Part shown: in pieces, positions 35,807-45,411 of the stretch | How positions within the stretch are numbered: the first letter of the stretch is position 1 | Layout of the letters: every line of letters begins with the position of its first letter | DNA from: a virus | Reading direction: 5' to 3' (one strand) | IMG/VR virus record: IMGVR_UViG_3300002092_001594 | Location: 1-64,000 of that record | DNA length: 64,000 bases | Made by a program: the position numbers and the translations under genes | Notes under the pieces: generated by a model | Database searches by the model: none | Told to the model about the DNA's origin: nothing | What the model saw: the letters and a program-made list of their open reading frames with translations, nothing else

Positions 35807-36220
35807 TTAATGTCTACTTCTATAAGAAGGACTTGGTGTATAATGGTACTTAGGTCGAGTAGGAGTTACGATTTGTTGTCTATAAACCGGGACTTGAATA
35901 ACTAAAGGGTAGCTGTATCCGTTATAAAAGTTATATCTGTTGTAAAACCACAAATCAGATGTTAAATTAATACTTGTATGCGGTATTACTGTAGGTGAGT
36001 TATCGTAGTACTTGTTTATAGTGCGTATTTGTTTACCTGTACTGTCTGTAGTTGTTGTTTCTACAATTTTGTAAGGAGCTTCACACGCAAATAAAAACAC
36101 TAGTATAAGTAATGCTGCTAATTTCTTTAATATTAATAAATTACTTTTCACTAAATTTAATTTCTTAACTCCAGATCTTCTAGATCTCATTGGACGTTTT
36201 TTTGGTGCTGCTGTTCCCAT
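35807..36220 (-). CDS. Putative lipoprotein with basic N-terminal extension
   Basis: LAALLILVFLFAC lipobox at about residue 46; Y/P-rich tail. Confidence 0.55.
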   Translation of the reverse strand: MGTAAPKKRPMRSRRSGVKKLNLVKSNLLILKKLAALLILVFLFACEAPYKIVETTTTDSTGKQIRTINKYYDNSPTVIPHTSINLTSDLWFYNRYNFYNGYSYPLVIQVPVYRQQIVTPTRPKYHYTPSPSYRSRH

Positions 36221-36227
36221 AGTTTAA

Positions 36228-36953
36228 TTATTTAGTAAATATTTTTTTATCAACCATTCTTTTTAGTATTCTCGCACAAGCAATATCTAAAGCTTTCTTA
36301 GTTGCTATTGATACTGTTGATTGATTAAATTTAACTGGATCTACCGTAGCATCTGAAAGGAAAGTTAATTCTCTAGTTGTCTTAGCTTCACCAAGTCCTG
36401 ATGCTGCTATAATTTCTCCTGTCTCTGCATTTGTAAATCTAACTTGAAGACCTAAGCGAGTTACCATCTGATTCTTAACTCCATTAGATAAATTTATTTC
36501 TTCGTCATCTGATACAGACCAATCATAAACTTCAATCTCTACAAAGTAATGTGCAAGTCTAATCTTACCTCTACCATCTAGTTTGTCTTGCGAGATTCCC
36601 GCTTGTGAGGCTTGGAACTGCTTAACCATTCTGTTTTTAATCTCTGTCTTATCCTCTGTAAACGTAAAGCGGTTAAGATTTTCAAGATATTCCAACGAGA
36701 TGTTAGCTACACCTAAACCTACTCTCTTTTCTTTGAGTTCTGGATATTGTTCGTAGACTTCATCTCCAATACCACATTTAAGAATTTGTATTGGTATTGT
36801 TGGCCCTTCATAATTTAAAAATTGACTAATATCGATTTTAGTTTCAAAGCTTGCTCGAAATTGTTCTGTCTTTGTTGACCCTATAGTCTGAGCAATTACA
36901 GCACTGCTTATTAAAAAGCAACCTAATAATATAAATAACTTTTTCATACACAT
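36228..36953 (-). CDS. CsgG/HfaB-family protein
   Basis: Signal peptide; L...RF..E; LQVRFTNAETGEII..G.G; C-terminal A.KKA helix. Confidence 0.7.
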   Translation of the reverse strand: MCMKKLFILLGCFLISSAVIAQTIGSTKTEQFRASFETKIDISQFLNYEGPTIPIQILKCGIGDEVYEQYPELKEKRVGLGVANISLEYLENLNRFTFTEDKTEIKNRMVKQFQASQAGISQDKLDGRGKIRLAHYFVEIEVYDWSVSDDEEINLSNGVKNQMVTRLGLQVRFTNAETGEIIAASGLGEAKTTRELTFLSDATVDPVKFNQSTVSIATKKALDIACARILKRMVDKKIFTK

Positions 36954-37168
36954 TACTTCTTTTCTGGTTTTTTATACCAAATATTGTCTGGAGAGTTTTT
37001 AAATGTTCCGTCTACTTTCCACATTATTTCATTACCTACTTTTGTATTTAGCTCTGGATTACAAAAGTGAGTTACAATCATAAAAACTTCAAAACTTAGA
37101 GCTAGTATCGTCCATGCAAAAAGTAATTGAGCAAGTCTTAATACTATGGTTTCGCTTATCTTTTTCAT
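36953..37168 (-). CDS. Small membrane protein
   Basis: One long hydrophobic segment. Confidence 0.55.
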   Translation of the reverse strand: MKKISETIVLRLAQLLFAWTILALSFEVFMIVTHFCNPELNTKVGNEIMWKVDGTFKNSPDNIWYKKPEKK

Positions 37169-37171
37169 ATA

Positions 37172-38089
37172 CTATATTTTTATATTTCCTTTATTTTCAA
37201 TTTTAATTTTAATTTTAGGTTCGTACCCTTTAGGAAGTAGATTCTCTACTGTTTCTAACTTACCGTGCTTGTTATCCATACGTACTGTTACAGTCTTAGT
37301 ATCGCAGTTCATCATAATTTGACCTACTGTTTGCATATGAAACTTATTATCAATCCTATATGGATTTAAAAAAGGATTATCTTTGTATTTTTTCTTCATT
37401 AGATCTAACACATCTTGATCTGTCTTAGCATGTTGAAGATGATTTTTAGCAAGATCCATTCTACTGTGAGAAGATTGCTCTTTAGGACCGCTTTGATATC
37501 CTAAATGCTTATGGTAGATACCGTGGTTAGTTCTAACTATTACCTTCTTATCGTTTTTTAACTTTCTAATAACAGGAACATCCACGCTTGAATGCTCTAC
37601 AACATAAATACTCTTACCATCACTAACAATAGACTCACCTGAAACTCCTTTAAACTCAGAACTACCATCGCCTCTTGTACTTATTAGTACCTTGATAGCA
37701 TCTCTAATATTTTTCTGAGTTAGTACTTGTCTAATTTTAGCGCCGTCGGTTGCATGTTGAGGATTTTTACTCTTATCTTTATTGTCAGCCTTTTCTTCTC
37801 TTTTCTTTTCTACCTTATCGGTTTCTTTTTCATCATCCCCTACCATTAAAGAAGAGTTAACAATACCAATACCGAATTCATTCATACCTTCAGACCAGTC
37901 AGTATCAATATCATGCCAATAGACCATTTCTACGTTGTCTACTACTTCATGTACAATTTCCATTTTGGCATCATAACCTCTATCTCTGTTTTTAGCCAAA
38001 ACAATGCCATCACCAAGTCTTACACCAGCAACAACACATTCTAATAACCGTTCCTTTTTTATTTCTTTAAGGATTTCTATTAATTTCAT
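37172..38089 (-). CDS. Ntn-hydrolase (Cys nucleophile) with short propeptide
   Basis: CVVAG...LAKNRDR, EGMNEFG, VRTNH. Confidence 0.75.
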   Translation of the reverse strand: MKLIEILKEIKKERLLECVVAGVRLGDGIVLAKNRDRGYDAKMEIVHEVVDNVEMVYWHDIDTDWSEGMNEFGIGIVNSSLMVGDDEKETDKVEKKREEKADNKDKSKNPQHATDGAKIRQVLTQKNIRDAIKVLISTRGDGSSEFKGVSGESIVSDGKSIYVVEHSSVDVPVIRKLKNDKKVIVRTNHGIYHKHLGYQSGPKEQSSHSRMDLAKNHLQHAKTDQDVLDLMKKKYKDNPFLNPYRIDNKFHMQTVGQIMMNCDTKTVTVRMDNKHGKLETVENLLPKGYEPKIKIKIENKGNIKI

Positions 38090-38355
38090 TATTCTTCAGT
38101 TTTAGCTTCATCAGCTGGTGAATCTTTTTTCTTGGCTGTAAATTTATCTAAGGTATCAGCACCCATTCCAATTGCTGTGATTACCATTACTGCATTTACT
38201 AATTCAGCAGCCGGTTTGAAATGTTCATCTGTGAAAGAGTTTGCTAGCATAGTTCCACAAAGGAATAATGCACCAAAAAATGCGATTACAGGTTTAACTG
38301 AAATAGTACCTCTTTCGTCTTTAAAAAGATCAATTACCCATTCTTTAAAAGTCAT
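38089..38355 (-). CDS. Two-TM holin-like protein
   Basis: FKD..G..S.K, two TM segments, DKF, charged tail. Confidence 0.5.
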   Translation of the reverse strand: MTFKEWVIDLFKDERGTISVKPVIAFFGALFLCGTMLANSFTDEHFKPAAELVNAVMVITAIGMGADTLDKFTAKKKDSPADEAKTEE

Positions 38356-38380
38356 AGTTGTAAATTTTACTTATTATAAA

Positions 38381-38728
38381 TTACCATTTAGGAGCTTCTT
38401 CTTTAAATTCGTCTCCGTCTTTCTTTTTAGTTTTTGGTTGTGGTTTATTTATTTGCTTTGCTTCATTACTCTTCTCCTTAACTATTACTGTTTTAGTAGA
38501 AGTAGTTTGTTGACCCGGAACAGTAATGTTAATACTTTGCGGTTGTACTTGTTTATCGCTTTCTTTTGGTTTTTGTAAATAAGACATTAAAAATGTACCG
38601 CCTCCAACTACTAGAGTAGATACAGTACCTATAAGGGTCTTTTTTAAACCAGTCATAGTACCGTCATTATACTTTTCATTCTTAGCCATCGATGACTCCT
38701 CTACTGCCTTCTTTGTTACTTTTGCCAT
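38381..38728 (-). CDS. Single-TM protein with disordered tail
   Basis: LIGTVSTLVVGGGTFLM. Confidence 0.6.
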   Translation of the reverse strand: MAKVTKKAVEESSMAKNEKYNDGTMTGLKKTLIGTVSTLVVGGGTFLMSYLQKPKESDKQVQPQSINITVPGQQTTSTKTVIVKEKSNEAKQINKPQPKTKKKDGDEFKEEAPKW

Positions 38729-38734
38729 ATTAAA

Positions 38735-39085
38735 TTATTTTATAATAACGGGACGTTTAGTTTCATTACCGTTTATATCTATAAATATCAAGTTATAGTC
38801 GCTTTTTGGTATTTTAGATAAATTATATACTTTTGTTACAGAATTAGAGTTAGCTGTAAATCCTTCTGTTATTACCGGGGTAAATGAACTGAATGGAGTA
38901 ATCTGCACTGAGTATTTAGCTCCTTGAGTAACAGCAAATTCCACAGTAATTATGTTATTTTCCTGTGTTAAGCTGCTTATAGCTGTTGAAGTTGATTTTA
39001 CACCTAAGTCAATCACCGGTAAGGTAGTTACTGTTTTAGTGCATGCTGCTAAGAATATAACCGTTGTTAGTATTAGTTTTTTCAT
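38735..39085 (-). CDS. Lipoprotein resembling a stand-alone T9SS C-terminal sorting domain
   Basis: LAAC lipobox; NLSKIPKSDYNLIFIDINGNETKRPVIIK. Confidence 0.55.
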   Translation of the reverse strand: MKKLILTTVIFLAACTKTVTTLPVIDLGVKSTSTAISSLTQENNIITVEFAVTQGAKYSVQITPFSSFTPVITEGFTANSNSVTKVYNLSKIPKSDYNLIFIDINGNETKRPVIIK

Positions 39086-39086
39086 A

Positions 39087-40841
39087 TTAGAAATTATTAT
39101 ACCCTGTTAATTTGATTGATATTGTATTTAAGTTAATTCCTAGTTGATTACCTTTATTATCAGAAGCATCCATTGTGGATCCTACTTTAATTGCAGTAGT
39201 TAGGTTAACTCCATCTCCTATAGAAGAAAACTTAAGTGTAAAAGGAGTTTGTGCTCCTGTAATAGGCGCTTTCAGGTCTCTGTTAACAGCTCCAAATTTA
39301 ATTCTACCAGATTTAGAATTAGCAAATGTAAACCAAGTATTAGGTAAGTTAGAGGCTAGGCTTTCAAATTTAATTTTTGTAGTATCGTAATAGAACTCAA
39401 ATTGCAAAGCTCCTACGTTGTTAACTGTATTAATATTAACTGGTACTTCTATTGTATTAGTTGTTACAGTTACATTACTTAAATTAACGTCTACAGGAGC
39501 TTTATTAACATTAGGAGTATTTACGTATTCAACTGCGAATGATTGTATTGTTCCATCAGAAGCAACTACTTGTGAACTGTGTGATCTGTTTATGTCTCCG
39601 GGAATAACATACTTTAAGTTTAGTGGTAAGTTTGATCCTATTTTACCTGTCTTAAAATACACGTATCCGGTTTTAATACTAGGCCAATCAGCTATACTTA
39701 AATTATTAAATAAAGAATCTGTAAATGTAGGAACATCTAAGTATATGTCCGTGCCTGGTCTATATGTAGCAGGAAGTGTGTATAGTGAATCTACTCCTAC
39801 TGATTGAGCAAAGATTCTAGTAACATCTCCGCCATCAAATACATAATTTTTATTTACATCAGCAGATAAATAGCCAATACCAGTCTTGATATTAGATCCA
39901 GTAAATGTACCGTCTAAGTTTTGATTAGTAAATTCAGTTTGTGCTGCAGTAAAATCACTTACAGTCACAGCAGCATTCATAATATCTTTTACTACATCAG
40001 CACTTACTCTAACACTCACCTGGTATACCGTATTAGCTTTAAATCGAGTTTGATCTATTGCAAGACTCCCGTCGTCATTAGCATCTACTAAGTACGTTGT
40101 TTTAGCAACTGTATCTGTAAATGCTATTCTTGTAAGGGTAAATTGAGATAAAGCTCCATTAGTTTCTACATGCCCTTTAATATAAGATTCAGAATTAGGA
40201 TCTAAGTACACCGGAATGCTTAGCGGAGTTTCCTGTATTGTAGCTCCCTCTGTACCGTTACTATTAAATGCAGCAGCAAAGTTCATTCTAATAGGATCAA
40301 ATGTAAGACCTACTGCATTAGCGTTTAATTTAAATGTTAATTTTTCTAATCCCCAGTAACTGCTGTAAGGCATTGCTGCAGTAGTAGCCCAGTTTAAGCT
40401 GTGTCTAATAATAGTGTGATTACCGCCGTTTGTATAGGTGTAGTTACAGTTACTATAATCTATATTACCGTTACTAGTTGTGTTAGCTGAAGTCTGAGCA
40501 AATCTATAACCCGGATATAGGTAGTAGCTTTCTGAAATTTGAGAACCTGCAGGAAGTACTCCTCCGTTACCTGCAGTACCGCTATTACTAATACTTAATA
40601 ATGTTAAAGCTGTATTCTGATACTCAAAATCAAAATACAACTGTCTTGCAGTACTATTACCGTTACCGTTAGCTGCTACGTAGATTACTAATGTATCACC
40701 TTTTTTAAGCGTATTACCGTAAGCATTAAGCTTAACAGTATCGCCTGTAGCATTAGGTTGAGTACTCAGTTTTAACTTAATGTTTTGTCCAAATGTTGTT
40801 AATCCTACGAAAAGCAGGATACTAGTTAATAAATGTTTCAT
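39087..40841 (-). CDS. Exported cohesin/dockerin-like multidomain protein
   Basis: Signal peptide; ADVNKNYVFDGGDV and GDIN Ca-loop-like motifs; cohesin-like VPVNI..VGALQFEFYYD..KF. Confidence 0.6.
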   Translation of the reverse strand: MKHLLTSILLFVGLTTFGQNIKLKLSTQPNATGDTVKLNAYGNTLKKGDTLVIYVAANGNGNSTARQLYFDFEYQNTALTLLSISNSGTAGNGGVLPAGSQISESYYLYPGYRFAQTSANTTSNGNIDYSNCNYTYTNGGNHTIIRHSLNWATTAAMPYSSYWGLEKLTFKLNANAVGLTFDPIRMNFAAAFNSNGTEGATIQETPLSIPVYLDPNSESYIKGHVETNGALSQFTLTRIAFTDTVAKTTYLVDANDDGSLAIDQTRFKANTVYQVSVRVSADVVKDIMNAAVTVSDFTAAQTEFTNQNLDGTFTGSNIKTGIGYLSADVNKNYVFDGGDVTRIFAQSVGVDSLYTLPATYRPGTDIYLDVPTFTDSLFNNLSIADWPSIKTGYVYFKTGKIGSNLPLNLKYVIPGDINRSHSSQVVASDGTIQSFAVEYVNTPNVNKAPVDVNLSNVTVTTNTIEVPVNINTVNNVGALQFEFYYDTTKIKFESLASNLPNTWFTFANSKSGRIKFGAVNRDLKAPITGAQTPFTLKFSSIGDGVNLTTAIKVGSTMDASDNKGNQLGINLNTISIKLTGYNNF

Positions 40842-40844
40842 AAT

Positions 40845-41327
40845 TTAGAGTAATTTTGTCACAACCGAAACGCATGCTTTTTTTATTGCATTTCTTTGTA
40901 CGGCAGAATTAAACTGACCTCTTTCATTTATCAACAACGTGGATGTACTGATCTCAGAGGATCTGTCTTCAGTATTTATAGTTTTTAGTACTTTTCCAAA
41001 TCCATCAGATAAAGTACCTTTCATCCTTATTACAACTTCGTTCTTATCTTCATGGAAAACAGAAACACCTTGTTTTGTTTGTTCTACATCAAAAAAAGAA
41101 ATTTCGACATCTATAACGTAATCAGCATCAAATCTATCTACAAGAGTGAAGCCCTTATCTTGAAGGGCCTCTTGTATTACGTTTTTAACGCCAAAAGCCA
41201 GGTTTTTATTTCCTGTTAAAGGACCTGCTTTGATATTATTTACAATAGTTCCAAGAGCAGCTTTATTTTGGGCTCTACTTGAAACCCCTATTAATGTCAT
41301 AACCATAATTAAGAAAACTAGTTTCAT
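40845..41327 (-). CDS. Short CsgG-fold exported protein
   Basis: Signal peptide; shares GV.N...E.L and FN......A.KKA with 36228..36953. Confidence 0.55.
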   Translation of the reverse strand: MKLVFLIMVMTLIGVSSRAQNKAALGTIVNNIKAGPLTGNKNLAFGVKNVIQEALQDKGFTLVDRFDADYVIDVEISFFDVEQTKQGVSVFHEDKNEVVIRMKGTLSDGFGKVLKTINTEDRSSEISTSTLLINERGQFNSAVQRNAIKKACVSVVTKLL

Positions 41328-41357
41328 TACGGTTTAGATATAAATAGGATATATGTC

Positions 41358-42011
41358 TTACTTAAATTTAAATCCTGTCAGTTTTTCTACGTCTCCTACT
41401 GTAACTTCATGTGAATGTAGTCCGACTGGTTTATCGGCGGTATTATCGAAGATATATGCTTGATACTCTTTAAGCTTTACTACGTAGATAACTTTCCAGC
41501 ATTGTTTAGGAACGGATACTTTACCTATTTTTTTTGCAACACCTACTGAACCTGCCCAAACGTGTACACTGTCACTTTGTAAAGCAATAGCTCTTTCTAC
41601 AACTTCCAAAGCTTTCCAATCACCTGCGTTTAAGCTGTGATACTGAGGTGCCATGTTAGAAAAGTAAAAACACTCTGTTTGAACCATATCTCCTTGGCAT
41701 TGATTTTCTGCTGCAGGACACATATGACCTCTATCTGTACCTGAACCTACGTAGTCTTTCATAAGATCGGTTTCAGTTTTTAATAATGGATCTGGTGCGA
41801 ATTGATCTTTACGTGCAAGTTGGTTTGCACAACTTACTTTAGCTTTAGTTACATACCATTCGACTAGTACCGGGTAGTACTTAGACTTACTGAATACTGT
41901 AGTGTAATTAGTATGCTTAATACGAACTGTATCTTGTGCATTTAATGCAAGTACTACAAATATGCTCAAAAAAGCAATAAGTGCTAATGTTAGTAAAAGT
42001 TTCTTTTTCAT
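41358..42011 (-). CDS. DNA/RNA non-specific endonuclease (NucA-like) with signal peptide
   Basis: DRGH, SNMAPQ...N..W..LE, VPK..WK; true start MKKKLLL. Confidence 0.9.
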   Translation of the reverse strand: MKKKLLLTLALIAFLSIFVVLALNAQDTVRIKHTNYTTVFSKSKYYPVLVEWYVTKAKVSCANQLARKDQFAPDPLLKTETDLMKDYVGSGTDRGHMCPAAENQCQGDMVQTECFYFSNMAPQYHSLNAGDWKALEVVERAIALQSDSVHVWAGSVGVAKKIGKVSVPKQCWKVIYVVKLKEYQAYIFDNTADKPVGLHSHEVTVGDVEKLTGFKFK

Positions 42012-42040
42012 ACTTATAAATAGTTCATACTTATAAATAG
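42007..42040. repeat. Tandem 17-bp duplication TTCATACTTATAAATAG
   Basis: Exact copies at 42007-42023 and 42024-42040; third copy at 45959-45975. Confidence 0.9.
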
Positions 42041-42373
42041 TTATAATGCAAAACTTTCTCCGCATCCGCAAGTGCGAGAAGCATTTGGATTAATAAATTG
42101 AAATCCTTTACCGTTTAATCCATCACTATACTCTAATTGTGTTCCAAATAGATATAGTAAAGATTTCCTATCTATTAGTATCTTTAAACCAGCTTCTGAT
42201 TCTACAATTTCATCTGTTTGATCAATATGATCATCGAAATCCATTACGTAAGATAAACCACTACATCCTCCTCCTTTAACGCCAACTCTTAAGAAATGAG
42301 TATCAGGAGTAACTCCTTCTTCCATCATTAAGCCGATAACGTGATTTAATGCTTTCTCTGTAATTGTTACCAT
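42041..42373 (-). CDS. iscA: IscA/HesB Fe-S carrier
   Basis: GGGCSG, NPNA..TCGCGESF. Confidence 0.95.
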   Translation of the reverse strand: MVTITEKALNHVIGLMMEEGVTPDTHFLRVGVKGGGCSGLSYVMDFDDHIDQTDEIVESEAGLKILIDRKSLLYLFGTQLEYSDGLNGKGFQFINPNASRTCGCGESFAL

Positions 42374-42681
42374 TATGCATACTTTAATCCGAAGAACTCA
42401 TAGTTTTTATGTACTGATTCTTCTTCGCCTGCTTTAATTGCTAAATCTTCATCTTCATAAATTGCACTAACAGGACATTCAGGAACACAAGCACCACAAT
42501 TGATACAAGTATCTGGATCTATATATAATTGTCCGCCTGGAAATGCTTCTTTACCTTGTGCTGCTACTTCTGCACCAGAACCTCCAATATTTATAGGTCC
42601 GTGAATACAGTCAACAGGGCAAGCGTTAGCACAAGCTGTATCCATACAGTCAACACAACTTTTTCCAATAATAAAGCTCAT
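42373..42681 (-). CDS. 4Fe-4S dicluster ferredoxin
   Basis: CVDC...C...CP and CINCGACVPECP. Confidence 0.92.
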   Translation of the reverse strand: MSFIIGKSCVDCMDTACANACPVDCIHGPINIGGSGAEVAAQGKEAFPGGQLYIDPDTCINCGACVPECPVSAIYEDEDLAIKAGEEESVHKNYEFFGLKYA

Positions 42682-42691
42682 AATCTATAAT

Positions 42692-43102
42692 TTATATATG
42701 TGATTCTTCAAATATAATTGCCTCTAAGCCTTGTTTTACTCTATAATCATTAATAGCTGATTTGATAGCATCTTCTGCTAAAACTGAACAGTGAATTTTT
42801 ACTGGAGGCAAATTTAATTCCTCTACTAAATCCATATTATCTATAGTAATAGCTTCGTCTAATGTCTTACCTTTTAGCCATTCAGTTGCTACTGAAGAAG
42901 ATGCAATTGCTGAACCACATCCGAATGTTTTAAACTTAGCGTTAACAATTATATCATTCTCTACTTCGATCTGTAATCTCATTACATCGCCACATTCTGG
43001 TGCACCTACTAATCCCGTACCTACGTTAGGTTTAGACTTATCTAAAGTTCCAACATTCTTAGGATTAGAGTAGTGATCCAATACTTTATCGCTATATGCC
43101 AT
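42692..43102 (-). CDS. iscU: Fe-S scaffold IscU
   Basis: GAPECGD, FGCGSAIAS, LPPVKIHCS. Confidence 0.96.
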   Translation of the reverse strand: MAYSDKVLDHYSNPKNVGTLDKSKPNVGTGLVGAPECGDVMRLQIEVENDIIVNAKFKTFGCGSAIASSSVATEWLKGKTLDEAITIDNMDLVEELNLPPVKIHCSVLAEDAIKSAINDYRVKQGLEAIIFEESHI

Positions 43103-43121
43103 ATTTGAGTTATTTTAAATA

Positions 43122-43157
43122 AATAGAGAAAGCTCTCCTTAATTGGAGAGCTCTCTA
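43122..43157 (-). terminator. Terminator after groEL
   Basis: AGCTCTCC/GGAGAGCT stem. Confidence 0.65.
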
Positions 43158-43174
43158 CTTTAAGGAAACCTTAA

Positions 43175-44812
43175 TTAATACATTCCCATGTTCGGGTCTT
43201 GTTCTTGCTTCTTCTTATCGTCTCTCTTTTCAAAGATAACTGATTCTGTTGTCAAGATAGTTCCTGCTACAGATGCTGCATTCTCTAAAGCCGTACGAGT
43301 TACTTTAGTTGGATCTAATAATCCTACTGTAAATGCATCTACTATTTCTTGCTTCTTAGCATCATAAGTAAAAGAATCTGCCTCTGTTGCATTTTTTAAG
43401 ATCGAATAGTAATCTTCAATACCGCAGTTGCTTAAGATAGTCTTAAATGGTGCGTAACATGTTTTCTTTACAATATCAAAACCTAATAATTCATCTGATG
43501 ATATCTCTCTAGGTAAAATCGGTAAGTTATTAACTGCTCTAATCAAAGCAATACCGCCACCAGGAACGACACCTTCTGTTAAGGCTGCTTTAGTAGCAAA
43601 TAAAGCATCTTCTACTCTATCTTTTCTCTCTTTAATTTCAATATCAGAATTACCTCCTACTGAAATGATAGCTACACCGCCAACTAGTTTACCTAATCTC
43701 TCTTGTAACTTTTCTTTCTCGTAGAATGAAGTAGCTTTCTCAATTTGATCTTTAATCTCTTGAGCACGTGCTGTAATCTTCTCTACCTCTCCATTACCAT
43801 CAACGATAGTAGTTGTTTCTTTAGCTACATTAATTGTTCTAGCTTTACCAAACATTTCTACAAGTTGAACAGGAGTTAATTTATCTAACTTATGTCCTTT
43901 ATCTTTAGAGATAACTGTACCGCCTGTTAAGATAGCTAAGTCTTCTAAGATTAAAGTTCTTCTCTCTCCAAAATCTGGAGCTTTAACTGCTGCTACTGAA
44001 ACAATACCTCTCATCTTATTTACAATCAAAGTAGCTAATGCTTCATCTTCGATATCTTCTGCAACAATTAATAAAGGTTTGTTATCTGAGTTTACTTTGC
44101 TTAATGCATTTAATAATTCAGCTGCTTTAGTAATACGTCCGTCGTAGATTAAGATGTATGGTTCAGTTAATGAAGCATTCATCGTAGTGTTGTTAGTAAC
44201 AAAGTATGGAGATTTATAACCTCTATCAAATTGCATACCTTCTACAATCTCTAAACTAGTTTCACCTGTCTTAGATTCTTCGATAGTAACAATACCCTCT
44301 CTACCTACCTTTTCGATAGCTGTAGAGATTAAGTTACCTACCTCTACATCGCCGTTAGCTGAAATAGTAGCTACTTGTTGGATTTGATCTTGCGAACTTA
44401 CATCCTTAGCAATTTTTTTGATTTGCTCTACTACCTGTGCTACGTACTTATCGATACCCTTCTTTACTTCTACTGGATTAGATCCTTGGTTAATTAACTT
44501 TAAACCTTCTTCTACCATAGTAGCTGCAAGTAAAGTAGAGGTAGTAGTACCGTCGCCTGCTTCATTAGCAGACTTAATAGATACTTGCTTTACTAATTGT
44601 GCGCCTAAGTCTTCTACTTGGTCTTCTAACTCATGAAAAGATTTAGCTACTGTAACGCCATCTTTAGTTACTTTTACTTCGCCTGATTGATCTTTAATCA
44701 ATACTGTTCTACCGCCTGGTCCTAATGTTGAGGATACCGACTGGTTTAGCTGTTTAATACCTGCTAATAATTTATTTTTTAGCTCAATTCCGAAAACTGT
44801 CTGTGTTGCCAT
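43175..44812 (-). CDS. groEL: Chaperonin GroEL
   Basis: [38 protein letters not shown]. Confidence 0.97.
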   Translation of the reverse strand: MATQTVFGIELKNKLLAGIKQLNQSVSSTLGPGGRTVLIKDQSGEVKVTKDGVTVAKSFHELEDQVEDLGAQLVKQVSIKSANEAGDGTTTSTLLAATMVEEGLKLINQGSNPVEVKKGIDKYVAQVVEQIKKIAKDVSSQDQIQQVATISANGDVEVGNLISTAIEKVGREGIVTIEESKTGETSLEIVEGMQFDRGYKSPYFVTNNTTMNASLTEPYILIYDGRITKAAELLNALSKVNSDNKPLLIVAEDIEDEALATLIVNKMRGIVSVAAVKAPDFGERRTLILEDLAILTGGTVISKDKGHKLDKLTPVQLVEMFGKARTINVAKETTTIVDGNGEVEKITARAQEIKDQIEKATSFYEKEKLQERLGKLVGGVAIISVGGNSDIEIKERKDRVEDALFATKAALTEGVVPGGGIALIRAVNNLPILPREISSDELLGFDIVKKTCYAPFKTILSNCGIEDYYSILKNATEADSFTYDAKKQEIVDAFTVGLLDPTKVTRTALENAASVAGTILTTESVIFEKRDDKKKQEQDPNMGMY

Positions 44813-44814
44813 TT

Positions 44815-45174
44815 CTAATTAATTTTTGTTTTAAATACATCGTCTATTACCGTCTCTTTAAGAATGTCTAGTACAGATGTACTTTCACTAATCTTGGAAT
44901 AAACGTCTTGTTCTTTTACAATATAGTAATCTTCCCCTTCTACAGTGATTGATACAGATCCCATTTTCGGAATCAATACTTTATCCCCAACTGCTAGACT
45001 AGAGTCTACATACTTATCAGAGTTGTAGTTATACACTTTTGAAGTAGCAATTACTTCTCCTAGTTCAGGTCTTTCTTTACCTAAGTCAGGGATAATAATA
45101 TTACCTACTGTTTGTTCTTCTTCTTCGATTGGCTTAAGAACTAAATAGCCGTTAAGTGGATTTAATTTACTCAT
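44815..45174 (-). CDS. groES: Co-chaperonin GroES
   Basis: PL..Y.V, GNIIIPD..KE.P..GEV.A, VGDKV. Confidence 0.9.
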   Translation of the reverse strand: MSKLNPLNGYLVLKPIEEEEQTVGNIIIPDLGKERPELGEVIATSKVYNYNSDKYVDSSLAVGDKVLIPKMGSVSITVEGEDYYIVKEQDVYSKISESTSVLDILKETVIDDVFKTKIN

Positions 45175-45190
45175 ATACTTAATTGTTGTT

Positions 45191-45385
45191 TTAATCTTCT
45201 ATTATTTCAATATCAGGAATACTTCTCAGAAAAAAAAATTTATCTTCTTTTTTTAATACAATATCTGCATGCCAATTCTCTTTCAAATTTTCTACATTAG
45301 GATTGTCACTCATTCGTACAATCTCTATAACATAGTAGAGAGTCTCATTAAAGGTAATAAATTCTTTCTTGATAAAGGGTATCAT
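45191..45385 (-). CDS. Hypothetical protein
   Basis: 64 aa ORF. Confidence 0.6.
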   Translation of the reverse strand: MIPFIKKEFITFNETLYYVIEIVRMSDNPNVENLKENWHADIVLKKEDKFFFLRSIPDIEIIED

Positions 45386-45411
45386 AACTGGTTACTTAGT
45401 AGGCCTACTTT

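Noticed and set aside
42012-42071. N-terminal extension of the nuclease ORF to 42071
   Set aside because: It overlaps iscA; the signal peptide and promoter motif indicate a start at 42011
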